A stretch of 24,364 nt of DNA, from the IMG/VR virus record IMGVR_UViG_3300048611_000027, positions 1 through 24,364 of that record; one strand, given 5' to 3'. Below, in pieces: positions 1 through 8,698 of this stretch. The notes beneath the pieces are model-generated. The model worked only from the letters and a program-made list of their open reading frames with translations. It was not told where the DNA came from and did no database searches. Source of the stretch: a virus. Its lineage: Duplodnaviria; Caudoviricetes. The position numbers and the translations under genes were made by a program. Each line of letters opens with the position of its first letter. The stretch's first letter is position 1.

Positions 1-12
1 CATGTCGTATGC

Positions 13-44
13 GTGAGTGTGAGTGTGAGCGTGAGCGTGAGCGT
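13..44. repeat. Tandem hexamer repeat (GTGAGY)x5
   Basis: GTGAGT x2 then GTGAGC x3 read directly. CGTATGC occurs at 6, 42 and 64; CGTATGCATTCA at 42-53 and 64-75. Confidence 0.9.
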
Positions 45-90
45 ATGCATTCACACACAAGTACGTATGCATTCATGTTTAGTGTATCGC

Positions 91-122
91 GGCGTGGCGT
101 GGCGTGGCGTGGCGTGGCGTGG
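91..122. repeat. Tandem pentamer repeat (GGCGT)x6
   Basis: Six perfect GGCGT units at 91-120, then GG. Confidence 0.95.
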
Positions 123-167
123 AGGAACTATCTCAACCCAGGCCCTTTTTTGGAGACAATTAATGGG

Positions 168-196
168 TTGACAAGTAGTTCGTTTGCTGTTATGGT
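168..196 (+). promoter_or_regulatory. Sigma70-type promoter (TTGACA-N17-TATGGT, extended -10 TG)
   Basis: Perfect TTGACA at 168-173, 17-nt spacer, TG at 188-189, TATGGT at 191-196. A further TATAAT at 202-207. Directly upstream of the first gene. Confidence 0.65.
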
Positions 197-225
197 GTAG
201 TTATAATAAACTCATGGAGGATGCC

Positions 226-789
226 GTGGATTCGAATACTACCTTCAACTCAGCTGAACCGCCGGTTTACAAGTTTCAATACGCGAATCCGTTTAGGCCG
301 CCTGATAGGCGCATGAAAGCGCCTGAGGATAAAAACTCCTTCGTCGTTTCGAAAGTCTGGGAAAGGCACAAGGAGATTGCTCGGCGGATTGCGCTTGGAC
401 AGAAAAACGTTCATATCGCACAGGCGCTTGGGATTAGCGAAATGTCTGTGTCTCAGACTCGGAATTCGCCGATCATTAAAGAACGTGTTGAATCGTTAGC
501 TGACCGGATGGACGACAGTGCTGTTGACGTCGGTAAGCGGATTAAAGCTATGGCGCCGCAAGCACTTAAAGTGCTCGAGGCTGTGTTGGAAGACGAGGAA
601 AACACTGTCCCGCTTTCGTTGAAGATTAAAACTGCTCATGATATTCTCGACCGGGCTGGTCATGCTGCGATTAAGCAGATCAACGCGAATGTTCTGCATG
701 GGCATTTTACGGCTACTGACTTAGCCGAGATTAAGCAGATCGCCCGGGATAGTGGTGTAATCGTTGACGTTGTAGCTGAGGATGTTTAA
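226..789 (+). CDS. terS: Probable terminase small subunit (HTH protein)
   Basis: GGAGG at 216-220 then in-frame GTG at 226 (ATG at 214 is an alternative). HTH-like segment KNVHIAQALGISEMSVSQTRNSP; C-terminal KTAHDILDRAG motif typical of TerS-like proteins; first gene of the packaging region. Confidence 0.65.
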   Translation: MDSNTTFNSAEPPVYKFQYANPFRPPDRRMKAPEDKNSFVVSKVWERHKEIARRIALGQKNVHIAQALGISEMSVSQTRNSPIIKERVESLADRMDDSAVDVGKRIKAMAPQALKVLEAVLEDEENTVPLSLKIKTAHDILDRAGHAAIKQINANVLHGHFTATDLAEIKQIARDSGVIVDVVAEDV

Positions 790-819
790 CGTTCATTCAT
801 CACGCATTGCGAGGTTACT

Positions 820-1347
820 ATGCTGGCGCCTAAACTGCCTGTACTTCTCCAGCCCGGTGATGTGTTTGCTGTTACTTCGGACAAGTGGCTAGCTAATCGT
901 ATTAATGATGTTTCTAAGTTTTGGAGTGATGATAATCAGTCTCGTTATTCGCATTCAGGAATTATTATCACTCATCACGGCCGCACGATGGAAGCACTTA
1001 AACGGCTGGATTTCTACTATCTGTCTCAATACGTTGGCCAGCCTATCATCATCGCGCGGCCGAGTGCGCCTGTTCATCGATGCCAATTAGCCATCGACTT
1101 GCTCGTCAAAGAACATATTAACCAAGCCTATCCTTGGTGGCGAATTCTTCTCCACACCGTACAGCCCTTGGCTAAGTTGATTACTTACAAAGGCAAGTAC
1201 GTTGTTTGCTCCGAGCTCGTGGCTAAGTATCTTCACTACCTCAAAGTTCGTCATCCGATTTATACTGGCGTTACTCCTGACATGCTGGCAGATGAATGGC
1301 GCCGTTGGAAAGATTTCGAAATCATTTACGAAGGAGTTTGGAAATGA
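820..1347 (+). CDS. Permuted papain-like (NlpC/P60, YiiX/YebB-like) amidase/peptidase
   Basis: LQPGD, YSHSGII (His), CSELVAK (Cys) and TPDML motifs in the permuted His-before-Cys order; RBS GAGG. Confidence 0.8.
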   Translation: MLAPKLPVLLQPGDVFAVTSDKWLANRINDVSKFWSDDNQSRYSHSGIIITHHGRTMEALKRLDFYYLSQYVGQPIIIARPSAPVHRCQLAIDLLVKEHINQAYPWWRILLHTVQPLAKLITYKGKYVVCSELVAKYLHYLKVRHPIYTGVTPDMLADEWRRWKDFEIIYEGVWK

Positions 1348-1520
1348 TGCAGAAGAATTGGCGTACTACCTTGATGGGTGTAGTTACGGCTGCTGCTTAT
1401 GCTGCGATAGAACTTCTTGAAACTGGCGAGGTTCAGCCTAAGGTTATTTGTATCGCAGCCGGGATTGCTGCGCTTGGTTATCTTTCCAAAGATGCAGGTA
1501 TTTCAGGTACTGTGAAGTAA
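1344..1520 (+). CDS. Small two-TM holin-like membrane protein
   Basis: AAGGAG RBS and ATGA overlap with the upstream stop. 58 aa, NWRTTLMG...GYLSKD with two hydrophobic segments; adjacent to the amidase. Confidence 0.6.
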   Translation: MMQKNWRTTLMGVVTAAAYAAIELLETGEVQPKVICIAAGIAALGYLSKDAGISGTVK

Positions 1521-1537
1521 TTCGTTTCCTTTCTTCT

Positions 1538-1560
1538 CTACGTAACAATTTGTTACAAAG
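1538..1560. repeat. Palindromic element copy 1 (CTACGTAACAATTTGTTACAAAG)
   Basis: GTAACAA-T-TTGTTAC core; overlaps the RBS of the next gene. Confidence 0.85.
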
Positions 1561-1568
1561 GTGAATTG

Positions 1569-3860
1569 ATGTCTCTATTCGGTGCAGAATTAATCACAAC
1601 GTTAGCTGACCGTGACTTTTCCTCAGACACAGGATTCTGGGTGAAGTATGGTGCTGGTACGACTATCGCTGATGGAACGTTGAATTGTTTCACTGACGGT
1701 ACTCAGGCTGGTGTTTATCGTGATGCAATTCTTACTTGGGGCGCCAAGTATCGCCTTAGGTTTACGATTGGGAATTATACTGGTGGTGGTCAAGTCGGTG
1801 TCGCACCTGGGCCTGTTGCGAACGGTTATTGGTTGCCTGAAGCGGGCACGTATGACGTTGAGTTCGTTCATGATGGTAGTGTTGCAGGCCGGCTCGGAAT
1901 CTGGTGCGATGTTCCTGATGTTACGTTTGATGACTTTTCGCTGAAAGAGATTACTGGCGATGATGAGGGTGTAACTTATCCTAGACATTTCCGGTTAGGT
2001 GTTGAGCTAATTGCTGCGCAGGCTGACCGAGAGTTCTCCAGTGACACTGGCTGGTGGACGAAAGTTGGGACTGCCGTCATTACCGGTGGCGTGGCGACGC
2101 AAACGACTAACGATGCTAGTGGTATCTACCGCAACGCGATTTTAACCTTCGGCGAGACCTATCGTTGTGAGATGGATCTCGGCAATCATCCCGGAGGTGA
2201 TGGAGTTGGTCTCGCTTCTTGAACGGTTTCAGGGTATTACTATCTCCAGGCTGGAGGTAGTCATGGTTTTAACTTTGTTCATAACGGCGTCGAACCGCAG
2301 CGTTTTCGTACGCGGAGCTTGTTCGATGGCGTCACGTTTGACAACTTGTCAGTTCGGCAGGTCATCCCTGACATAAGTAATCCTCCGGCGGATTACTACA
2401 TGAATCTCGGCGATGAACTTATTGCAGTTCAGGCTGATAGGGAATTCTCAAGTGACACAGGGTTCTGGACGAAGAACGGCACGGCTACTATAGGCGATAA
2501 TATTGCGCTGTGTGGAACGGGTACTAGCGGTATCTCCCGTGCAGCTCTTCTTGAATTAGGCTCAGTTTACGCTTGCTCTGTTACCGTTGGAAACTATACA
2601 GCCTCTGAAGGAACTGAGGTTGGGCTGGCTACAGAAACCATTACCGATGGCTATTTCTTTCCTTTTGCTGGAACGTTTCATTTTGAGTTCATTCATAACG
2701 GGACTACTTCAGGCTACTTCGGTCTCACCAGCAACGTCTCTGGTGTAACGTTTGATAACGTTTCGGTGAAGAAAGTTCTAAGCACACGATTCTCAACGGA
2801 CTTTGCGGATGAGACTGTAGGCCAAGAACCTAGCACCTGCACACGTCGCTGGCATACGCTTTCTGCTTTCACTGTCGAAGAACTCGAAGGTACGATTAGC
2901 GGTAAAGTATTACAGCTTGGTGATCCGACAGGTAACAATCTGCAGTTCCTTTCTTGGGACGTGCCTGGCCAGTTTGCTAATGCTGATTTCTTATATCATC
3001 ACCGGGCCAACACAGCTCCTACTGATGCGTTTCGCCACGGGGCTGTTGTGCGCGGGGCAGGAGATGAGACCAGCGAAACAGGTTACATAATTAACTGGAC
3101 TACGAGTGCTCAGCGTTGTTCTTTGATGCGATATTTGAACGCGTCAGGTACTACACTTACTAACGTGTACCCTTTCCTTTTCACTGACGCCGATTGGATC
3201 TGGTCTCGTTTGAACATTTTCAATCAAACTATCCGGGTCAAAAGCTGGCTCGGTGCGTTTGAAGATCAGCCTGCTGAATGGGACGATGAACGTGTTAATA
3301 CTTCCGTAATCACTCGTGGTTATGTGGGTGCGTTTCATTACTATAGCGGCACTGATCAGTATGATTATTTCTCTGTCGCTATTGGTGGATTAACAGCACT
3401 AGGCCCGGCTGAAGCATTCACGACTACGTTAAACAACAGTTCAGCTTTGCTGGCATCGTTATCCATAGCTCGTGCTGTTGTTGCTTCGTTGGCTAATACA
3501 ACTTCAATCGTTGCACAGCTCAGCTTAGCTCGCGCGTTGATTAGTGCCATTGCGAACTCGTCAACGCTTAGTGGAATCTTAACTGTTACAGGTTTACCTT
3601 CTTCTGATTTCATTGCCACGCTGACTAACACTAGTACCTTACTTGCTGACGTTTCAGTCGCTCGTGCGTTTCAGGCTTCGGTAAGTAATCAGGAACAACT
3701 GCAAGGCTTGCTGAGTCTTCTAATCTCTTTGCAAGCTACGCTGGCGAACACGTCAGATTTCACCATTACGCCTGACTCGGTAGCCTTTCATGAGATCGTA
3801 CGTTTAGTTTCACGGATTAGTTTCACCGTCAACCTAATCAATCGCGTGCGTTTTAATTAA
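1569..3860 (+). CDS. Putative receptor-binding/virion protein: three CBM-like beta-sandwich repeats, lectin-like domain, 20-aa repeats; one in-frame TGA at 2220-2222
   Basis: ORFs 1566-2222 and 2319-3860 share a frame. The 32 codons between them are open and continue repeat 2 in register with repeats 1 and 3 (G.ELI...ADR.FSSDTG.W ... VTFD..S...). Confidence 0.7.
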
Positions 3861-3874
3861 CCACGGAGTTTCGT

Positions 3875-4162
3875 ATGAATAAAATCTACGTCGGTGATAT
3901 TAACACTGAGATTCAGGTTGACTGTGTTAGTGACATCTCACAAGCTACCGCCTATGCAATCAGCGTCGTGAAACCTGACGGGACGAAGGTTGATTGGCCT
4001 GCTGAGTTGATTGAGGATTCAGTTTCGATTATTTCTTACTCTACTGTTTCCGGCGATCTAAACGTTGCAGGCGTCTACCGACTTCAGGCTGTGGTCACGA
4101 TGCCTAACTGGCAAGGTCGTGGAGAAACAGATCTTTTACCTGTCTACAAACATTACGCTTAA
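3875..4162 (+). CDS. BppU-N-like (Ig-fold) virion protein
   Basis: YVGD...DISQAT...KPDGT..W.A...Y.T..GDL..AG.Y.LQA pattern typical of BppU-like domains; RBS GGAG. Confidence 0.6.
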   Translation: MNKIYVGDINTEIQVDCVSDISQATAYAISVVKPDGTKVDWPAELIEDSVSIISYSTVSGDLNVAGVYRLQAVVTMPNWQGRGETDLLPVYKHYA

Positions 4163-4173
4163 AGGAGTTTTTC

Positions 4174-4596
4174 ATGGGACTTTCAAACGCAATTCGGGCT
4201 AGTTTGCTTGACCATCTTTTTGGTAATGGAGCGTTGACTCCGCCTGATGTTTATGTAGGCTTTTCAACGACTACGCCTACGGTAACAGGCACGAACGTTA
4301 CTGAACCTTCCGGCGGTGGGTATGCAAGGGTAGACACCACTACCGTCAACAAATGGGGCGCTGCGACTACGGCAGATTCTACCGCAACGATTACCAACGA
4401 TGCGACTATCACCTTTCCCACAGCTACTGCTGATTGGGCAACAGGTGCTTACATGACGCATTTGGTTCTTTACGATGCCGCTACCGCTGGAAACTTTCTG
4501 GGTTTTGGGGAACTACCCGAAGCCAAGCCTGTATTGAACAACGACACTGCTTCTTTCGGCGTTGGGACTCTTACTGCCACGATTACTTCCGCTTAA
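4174..4596 (+). CDS. Conserved phage virion structural protein (fibre/decoration-associated type)
   Basis: LLDHLFG...E.SGGGYARV...ITFPTATADW...THLVLYDAATAGNFL pattern common in phage structural modules; RBS AAAGGAG. Confidence 0.65.
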   Translation: MGLSNAIRASLLDHLFGNGALTPPDVYVGFSTTTPTVTGTNVTEPSGGGYARVDTTTVNKWGAATTADSTATITNDATITFPTATADWATGAYMTHLVLYDAATAGNFLGFGELPEAKPVLNNDTASFGVGTLTATITSA

Positions 4597-4607
4597 GCGA
4601 GGTTTTA

Positions 4608-4919
4608 ATGGAGCACTTCATCACGACGAACCCGGGCTTTATGTTGTGGATGTTAGGTGGTATTTTTACCTTGATAGGTATTTTACTTTCATTACTCTTT
4701 AATTCTTATGCTACCAAAGATAAGAAACGTGATGAAGTGCTTGAGGCTTTGAGAGATACAATTAATAACGTAAACAACAGTCTACTCCATGTGGCAGATC
4801 AAATGCGGGAGTTCTTGCATGGGATAGATACGAGGCTCAGCGTACTCGAACGAGAGCATCGAATTTATACTAACAATTCCGAAGTTCCTTGCAGCTATTC
4901 GATAAGTAAAAAATCATAG
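4608..4919 (+). CDS. Single-TM protein with coiled coil (possible lysis accessory)
   Basis: GAGG RBS then ATG at 4608. Hydrophobic FMLWMLGGIFTLIGILLSLLF followed by a heptad region ending IDTRLSVLE. Confidence 0.55.
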   Translation: MEHFITTNPGFMLWMLGGIFTLIGILLSLLFNSYATKDKKRDEVLEALRDTINNVNNSLLHVADQMREFLHGIDTRLSVLEREHRIYTNNSEVPCSYSISKKS

Positions 4920-4930
4920 GTGCTTACTTA

Positions 4931-5824
4931 ATGTCTGAATTGATTAAAACACCTGAACTTAAACGTATTATGGCTGCGTGTTCTTTGAGCACTAAAGTCT
5001 GCGGCAAGGTATTATTTCCTGAGCGGTTTTATAATCCGTTCTCTACTTTGCACGATGAGATTTTTAAACTTCTCGATGATGATTCCAAACAACGCGTGGC
5101 TATCGCAGCGCCACGCGGGTTTGGGAAGACTACGATTAACACGATCACGCACCCCGCTAAACGGATTTTGTTTCAGGAGAAGAAATTCATTGTACCTGTT
5201 TCTGCTACTGCAACAAACGCCGTTGCACAAGGAGAGAACTTAAAGCGCGAACTGCTTACTAATCCTCAAATCGTAAAACTTTTCGGACCGATGAAGTCAG
5301 ATACGTTTTCGAAGGATTGTTGGATTACTGCCACAGGCACGATGGTACTGCCGAGAGGGGCAGGTCAGCAGGTTCGCGGGATGCTCTTCGGCAACAACCG
5401 GCCTGACTTAATCATCGTCGATGACTTGGAAGATGCCGAATCAGTAATGAATCCTGAATCGCGTCAGAAGCTCAAGGATTGGTTCTTTGCTGATCTTTGT
5501 AACTGCGTGGATCGTAGTTCGAAGAACTGGCGGATTATCGTAATCGGCACTGTCCTGCACGAGGATTCACTTCTCGCCAACTTGCTCGAAGATCCTGATT
5601 GGGCTTCAGTACGGCTTGAGATCTGTGATGATGACTTGAAATCAAAGTGGCCAGATTTCATGACTGATGAAGAAGTTCGAAAGCTTTATGAGTCTTTCAA
5701 GCGTCGTGGTCAGTTAGACGTGTTTTATCGTGAGTATCGTAACATTCCGATCTCGACAGAAACAGCCACGTTTAACCAAGCGATGTTTAAATACTATGAT
5801 GAATTCGAGCTTGTTGGCTGCTAA
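4931..5824 (+). CDS. terL: Terminase large subunit, N-terminal ATPase part
   Basis: Walker A APRGFGKTT, Walker B PDLIIVDDLED, motif III IGTVLHEDSLL. Confidence 0.9.
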   Translation: MSELIKTPELKRIMAACSLSTKVCGKVLFPERFYNPFSTLHDEIFKLLDDDSKQRVAIAAPRGFGKTTINTITHPAKRILFQEKKFIVPVSATATNAVAQGENLKRELLTNPQIVKLFGPMKSDTFSKDCWITATGTMVLPRGAGQQVRGMLFGNNRPDLIIVDDLEDAESVMNPESRQKLKDWFFADLCNCVDRSSKNWRIIVIGTVLHEDSLLANLLEDPDWASVRLEICDDDLKSKWPDFMTDEEVRKLYESFKRRGQLDVFYREYRNIPISTETATFNQAMFKYYDEFELVGC

Positions 5825-6416
5825 TACAAAGCAAAAGCCAATATTAACCAACGTGGTAATCGTCGATCCGGCTAAGACAGTTGAGTTACATTCAGCTGAC
5901 TCCGCCATCGTCGGTTGGGGAATTGATCGAACTTCAAAGCGAATGTATTTTCGTGATTGTGTAGCAGATCGATTCTACCCTGATCAGCTTTATGATGAAA
6001 TGTTCGCAATGGTTACGCGGCTTAAGGCTACGATCTTAGCCATTGAAGTAACTTCGCTTCACGAATTCATTGTTCAGCCGATTAAAAACGAAATGCGTAA
6101 ACGTGGAATCTTTCCGCTTTTGCTTGAGTTAAATGCGACAGGAAAGAAAGAAGAACGGATTGCTTGGCTAGCCCCGTTTTATCGTCAGGGTTACATCTAC
6201 CACAACCCTGCTATTTGTCAAAAGCTTGAACAACAGCTCTTAACTTTTCCACGCGCGCGTAAGTTTGACGTAATGGATGCGGCAGCTTACATCGTGAAGG
6301 TAATGGAAAAGGAAGCTATTTATTTTGATCCTGTTGATTTACCTGACGGTGCTGATGAATACGCTGAGCTTGAGAATGAGCCGGCGTTTGATCAAACCAG
6401 TTGTCATCGAATATAG
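5796..6416 (+). CDS. terL: Terminase large subunit, C-terminal RNase H-like nuclease part (+1 frame)
   Basis: VIVDPA, DSAI, IEV, KEERI and FP...DVMDA acidic nuclease motifs. Overlaps the ATPase ORF in the +1 frame; true start or fusion point uncertain. Confidence 0.85.
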   Translation: MMNSSLLAANTKQKPILTNVVIVDPAKTVELHSADSAIVGWGIDRTSKRMYFRDCVADRFYPDQLYDEMFAMVTRLKATILAIEVTSLHEFIVQPIKNEMRKRGIFPLLLELNATGKKEERIAWLAPFYRQGYIYHNPAICQKLEQQLLTFPRARKFDVMDAAAYIVKVMEKEAIYFDPVDLPDGADEYAELENEPAFDQTSCHRI

Positions 6417-6427
6417 TTTTTAATTTA

Positions 6428-6452
6428 CCTATGGAACAAATTGTTACATAGG
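6428..6452. repeat. Palindromic element copy 2 (CCTATGGAACAAATTGTTACATAGG)
   Basis: Intergenic between terL and portal. Confidence 0.95.
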
Positions 6453-6467
6453 TTAGGGAGTTACACT

Positions 6468-8402
6468 ATGCCTGTTGTCATCAACACTAATACACGTACA
6501 CAGGTAAACTTCAAAGATGTGAATTATGATTATTCGTATCCGAATGAGCTGAATTTAAAACCAGGTACGAAGCAGCACGATGAACTTGTTAAGATTGTTA
6601 TGGATCGTGCACGGGCAAGTGCTAATGTGATGACAGGACGGCATGCGTCGTGGCGTGAGATAGATCACGTTCTTACGGGGTATATTGTACTTAGTGATAA
6701 AGAAAAAGAACTTAAGCTTCGGGACAAGCGTAAGCCTGTTTCGATCGTGTTTCCGTACTCTTACGCGATTATGGAAACCTTGCTTAGTTATCTTTGTGCC
6801 GTGTTTTTTCAGGATCCTATTTTTCGGTACGAAGGAGTTGGGCCTGAGGATGTGATAGGCGCACAGCTTCTCCAGCACGTTAATCAAGTCCATGCGCAGA
6901 AGACGAAAGTTCCACTTGCCCTTCATACGTTCTTTCGTGATGCGTTGGCTTATGGAGTAGGCTCAGCGGCACCTATCTGGGTGCGTAAGACAAATAAGAA
7001 GCCTAAGCAAGCAACAGCACTGGATGGTATGCTGAATGGGCTGGCTGGAGATTCGACTACTAACCTAACCTTTGAAGGTAATGGGTTAGTTAACATTGAT
7101 CCGTACAAACTACTTCTTGATCCTTCTGTCCCTATCCAACGGGTACAGGATGGCGAGTTTGTAGGTTGGATTGAATCTACTAACGTCATGAACATCTTAT
7201 CTGATGAGAAGGATTCTGAGAACGGAATTTTTAACGCTAAGTATCTTGAGCATTTAGGGATTCGTAGAACTTGCATAATGTCTGATGATCCGTCAGGGCG
7301 GAATACTAAAACAAATCTCGGCACTATTGAGAACGATGCAGTAGTCAATCCTGTTGACAAGATCATCATGTATGTGAAACTAATCCCCAGCAAGCACGGT
7401 CTTGGGACTAGTGATTATCCCGAGAAGTGGATGCTTACTGTAGCTGGAGATTCTATCCTTATCGAAGCTAAACCTCTTGGGCTCTGGCATGATCAGTTTC
7501 CTATTGCCACTGTAGCGCCTGAGTTTGACGGATATTCAACTACTCCGATATCTCGGCTTGAGACGTTGTTTGGATTGCAAGGTACGCTTGATTGGCTCTT
7601 CAATGCACACATTACCAACGTACGTAAAGCGATTAACGACGTACTAATCTACGATCCTTTTCTGCTCAACAGCGAGGATTTGAAGAATCCTGAAGAAGGT
7701 AAACTTGTCCGTACACGCAGACCTGCGTGGGGTAAGGGCGTGAAAGATTCTATCATGCAGCTCCCTGTATCCGATGTTACACGTGGCCATGTAGCAGACT
7801 CTGCTTTCATCGTACAGTGGATGCAGAGAATTGGTGGCGCTGACGATGGCTCGATGGGTTCTTTGCGACAAGGCGGGCCTGAGCGGCTCACTGGTGAAGA
7901 GTTTCAGGGTACTCGGCAGGGAGCTTTTTCTCGCTTAAACAGGATAGCGCAGATTCTGGCCTATCAGGGCTTAAACGACATTGGAGAGTTTTTTGCTTCT
8001 CATACACAGCAGTTTATGTCGCAAGAGACTTTTATTAAAGTTTCTGGTGATTGGTTGGAGCGATTGCAGTCTGAGTATGGGATAGCGGCACCGACACGTT
8101 TCGCTGTTAAGCCGTCTGATCTGTCTATCGCTTATGACGTGATCATCAGTAGCGGTGAGCTTCCTGGAAGTAACTATTCTCAAGTTTGGGAACGTATGTT
8201 TGAAATCATCACCAAGCAGCCCGAGCTTGGGCAGAAGTTTGACGTGGCTAGAATTTTTAAACACATTGCGAGGAATAACGGGGCTAAGAACGTTGACGAG
8301 TTTATTCGAACTTCGACAGCTTCGAATGAGAAAGTAATGAGCGAAGCGCAAAAAGGGAACATGATTCCAGTAGCGCAAGCAGCGCAAGAAGGGATGATAT
8401 AA
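6468..8402 (+). CDS. Portal protein (podovirus-type)
   Basis: 644 aa directly after terL; AGGGAG RBS before ATG 6468. Size, position and a mostly helical pattern fit P22-like portals. Confidence 0.8.
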   Translation: MPVVINTNTRTQVNFKDVNYDYSYPNELNLKPGTKQHDELVKIVMDRARASANVMTGRHASWREIDHVLTGYIVLSDKEKELKLRDKRKPVSIVFPYSYAIMETLLSYLCAVFFQDPIFRYEGVGPEDVIGAQLLQHVNQVHAQKTKVPLALHTFFRDALAYGVGSAAPIWVRKTNKKPKQATALDGMLNGLAGDSTTNLTFEGNGLVNIDPYKLLLDPSVPIQRVQDGEFVGWIESTNVMNILSDEKDSENGIFNAKYLEHLGIRRTCIMSDDPSGRNTKTNLGTIENDAVVNPVDKIIMYVKLIPSKHGLGTSDYPEKWMLTVAGDSILIEAKPLGLWHDQFPIATVAPEFDGYSTTPISRLETLFGLQGTLDWLFNAHITNVRKAINDVLIYDPFLLNSEDLKNPEEGKLVRTRRPAWGKGVKDSIMQLPVSDVTRGHVADSAFIVQWMQRIGGADDGSMGSLRQGGPERLTGEEFQGTRQGAFSRLNRIAQILAYQGLNDIGEFFASHTQQFMSQETFIKVSGDWLERLQSEYGIAAPTRFAVKPSDLSIAYDVIISSGELPGSNYSQVWERMFEIITKQPELGQKFDVARIFKHIARNNGAKNVDEFIRTSTASNEKVMSEAQKGNMIPVAQAAQEGMI

Positions 8403-8425
8403 CTATGGAACAAAATGTTCCAAAG
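8403..8425. repeat. Palindromic element copy 3 (CTATGGAACAAAATGTTCCAAAG)
   Basis: Immediately after the portal stop; contains the ATG of the next gene. Confidence 0.9.
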
Positions 8426-8698
8426 AAGCCGGGGTATCGCTGCACTCGTGGGCAGTTTGAGGACTTTAAGTCTTCGCTGCTCTGGCAGGATATGCTGCAA
8501 GAAGTGGAACTTTGGATCAGTAACGCGCATCATAATTTAGAAGATCCGAGTTTGAGTGATATTGAGACCGCTGTTATTCGAGGCTGTATTCGCTCCGCGC
8601 GCGATTTAATGCAGCTTCCGGATACGATTATAAATATTCTAACTATGGAGGCTGAGTATGATTCGGACGGGGATGTGGAGAAAACTGAAGAAAGTTAA
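8405..8698 (+). CDS. Small helical hypothetical protein between portal and scaffold
   Basis: 97 aa, starts 2 nt after the portal stop; a small gene at this position is usual in podovirus head modules. Confidence 0.65.
   Translation: MEQNVPKKPGYRCTRGQFEDFKSSLLWQDMLQEVELWISNAHHNLEDPSLSDIETAVIRGCIRSARDLMQLPDTIINILTMEAEYDSDGDVEKTEES

Noticed and set aside
9-200. 63-aa ORF (RECECERE...GVAWRGVAWR)
   Set aside because: Translation of the simple repeats; overlaps the promoter.
1344-1349. Holin/antiholin dual start (Met-Met)
   Set aside because: No charged residue between the two Met codons as in lambda S, so a functional difference is unsupported.
2220-2222. Genome-wide TGA reassignment (genetic code 4 or 25)
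   Set aside because: Four genes end at TGA within ATGA overlaps, and the long genes contain no other in-frame TGA.
6428-6452. Match to Gram-positive LexA (GAAC-N4-GTTC) or GlnR/TnrA (TGTNA-N7-TNACA) boxes
   Set aside because: The spacer here is N5. No copy fully matches the GlnR/TnrA box, most have TGGAAC, and conservation extends beyond either box.
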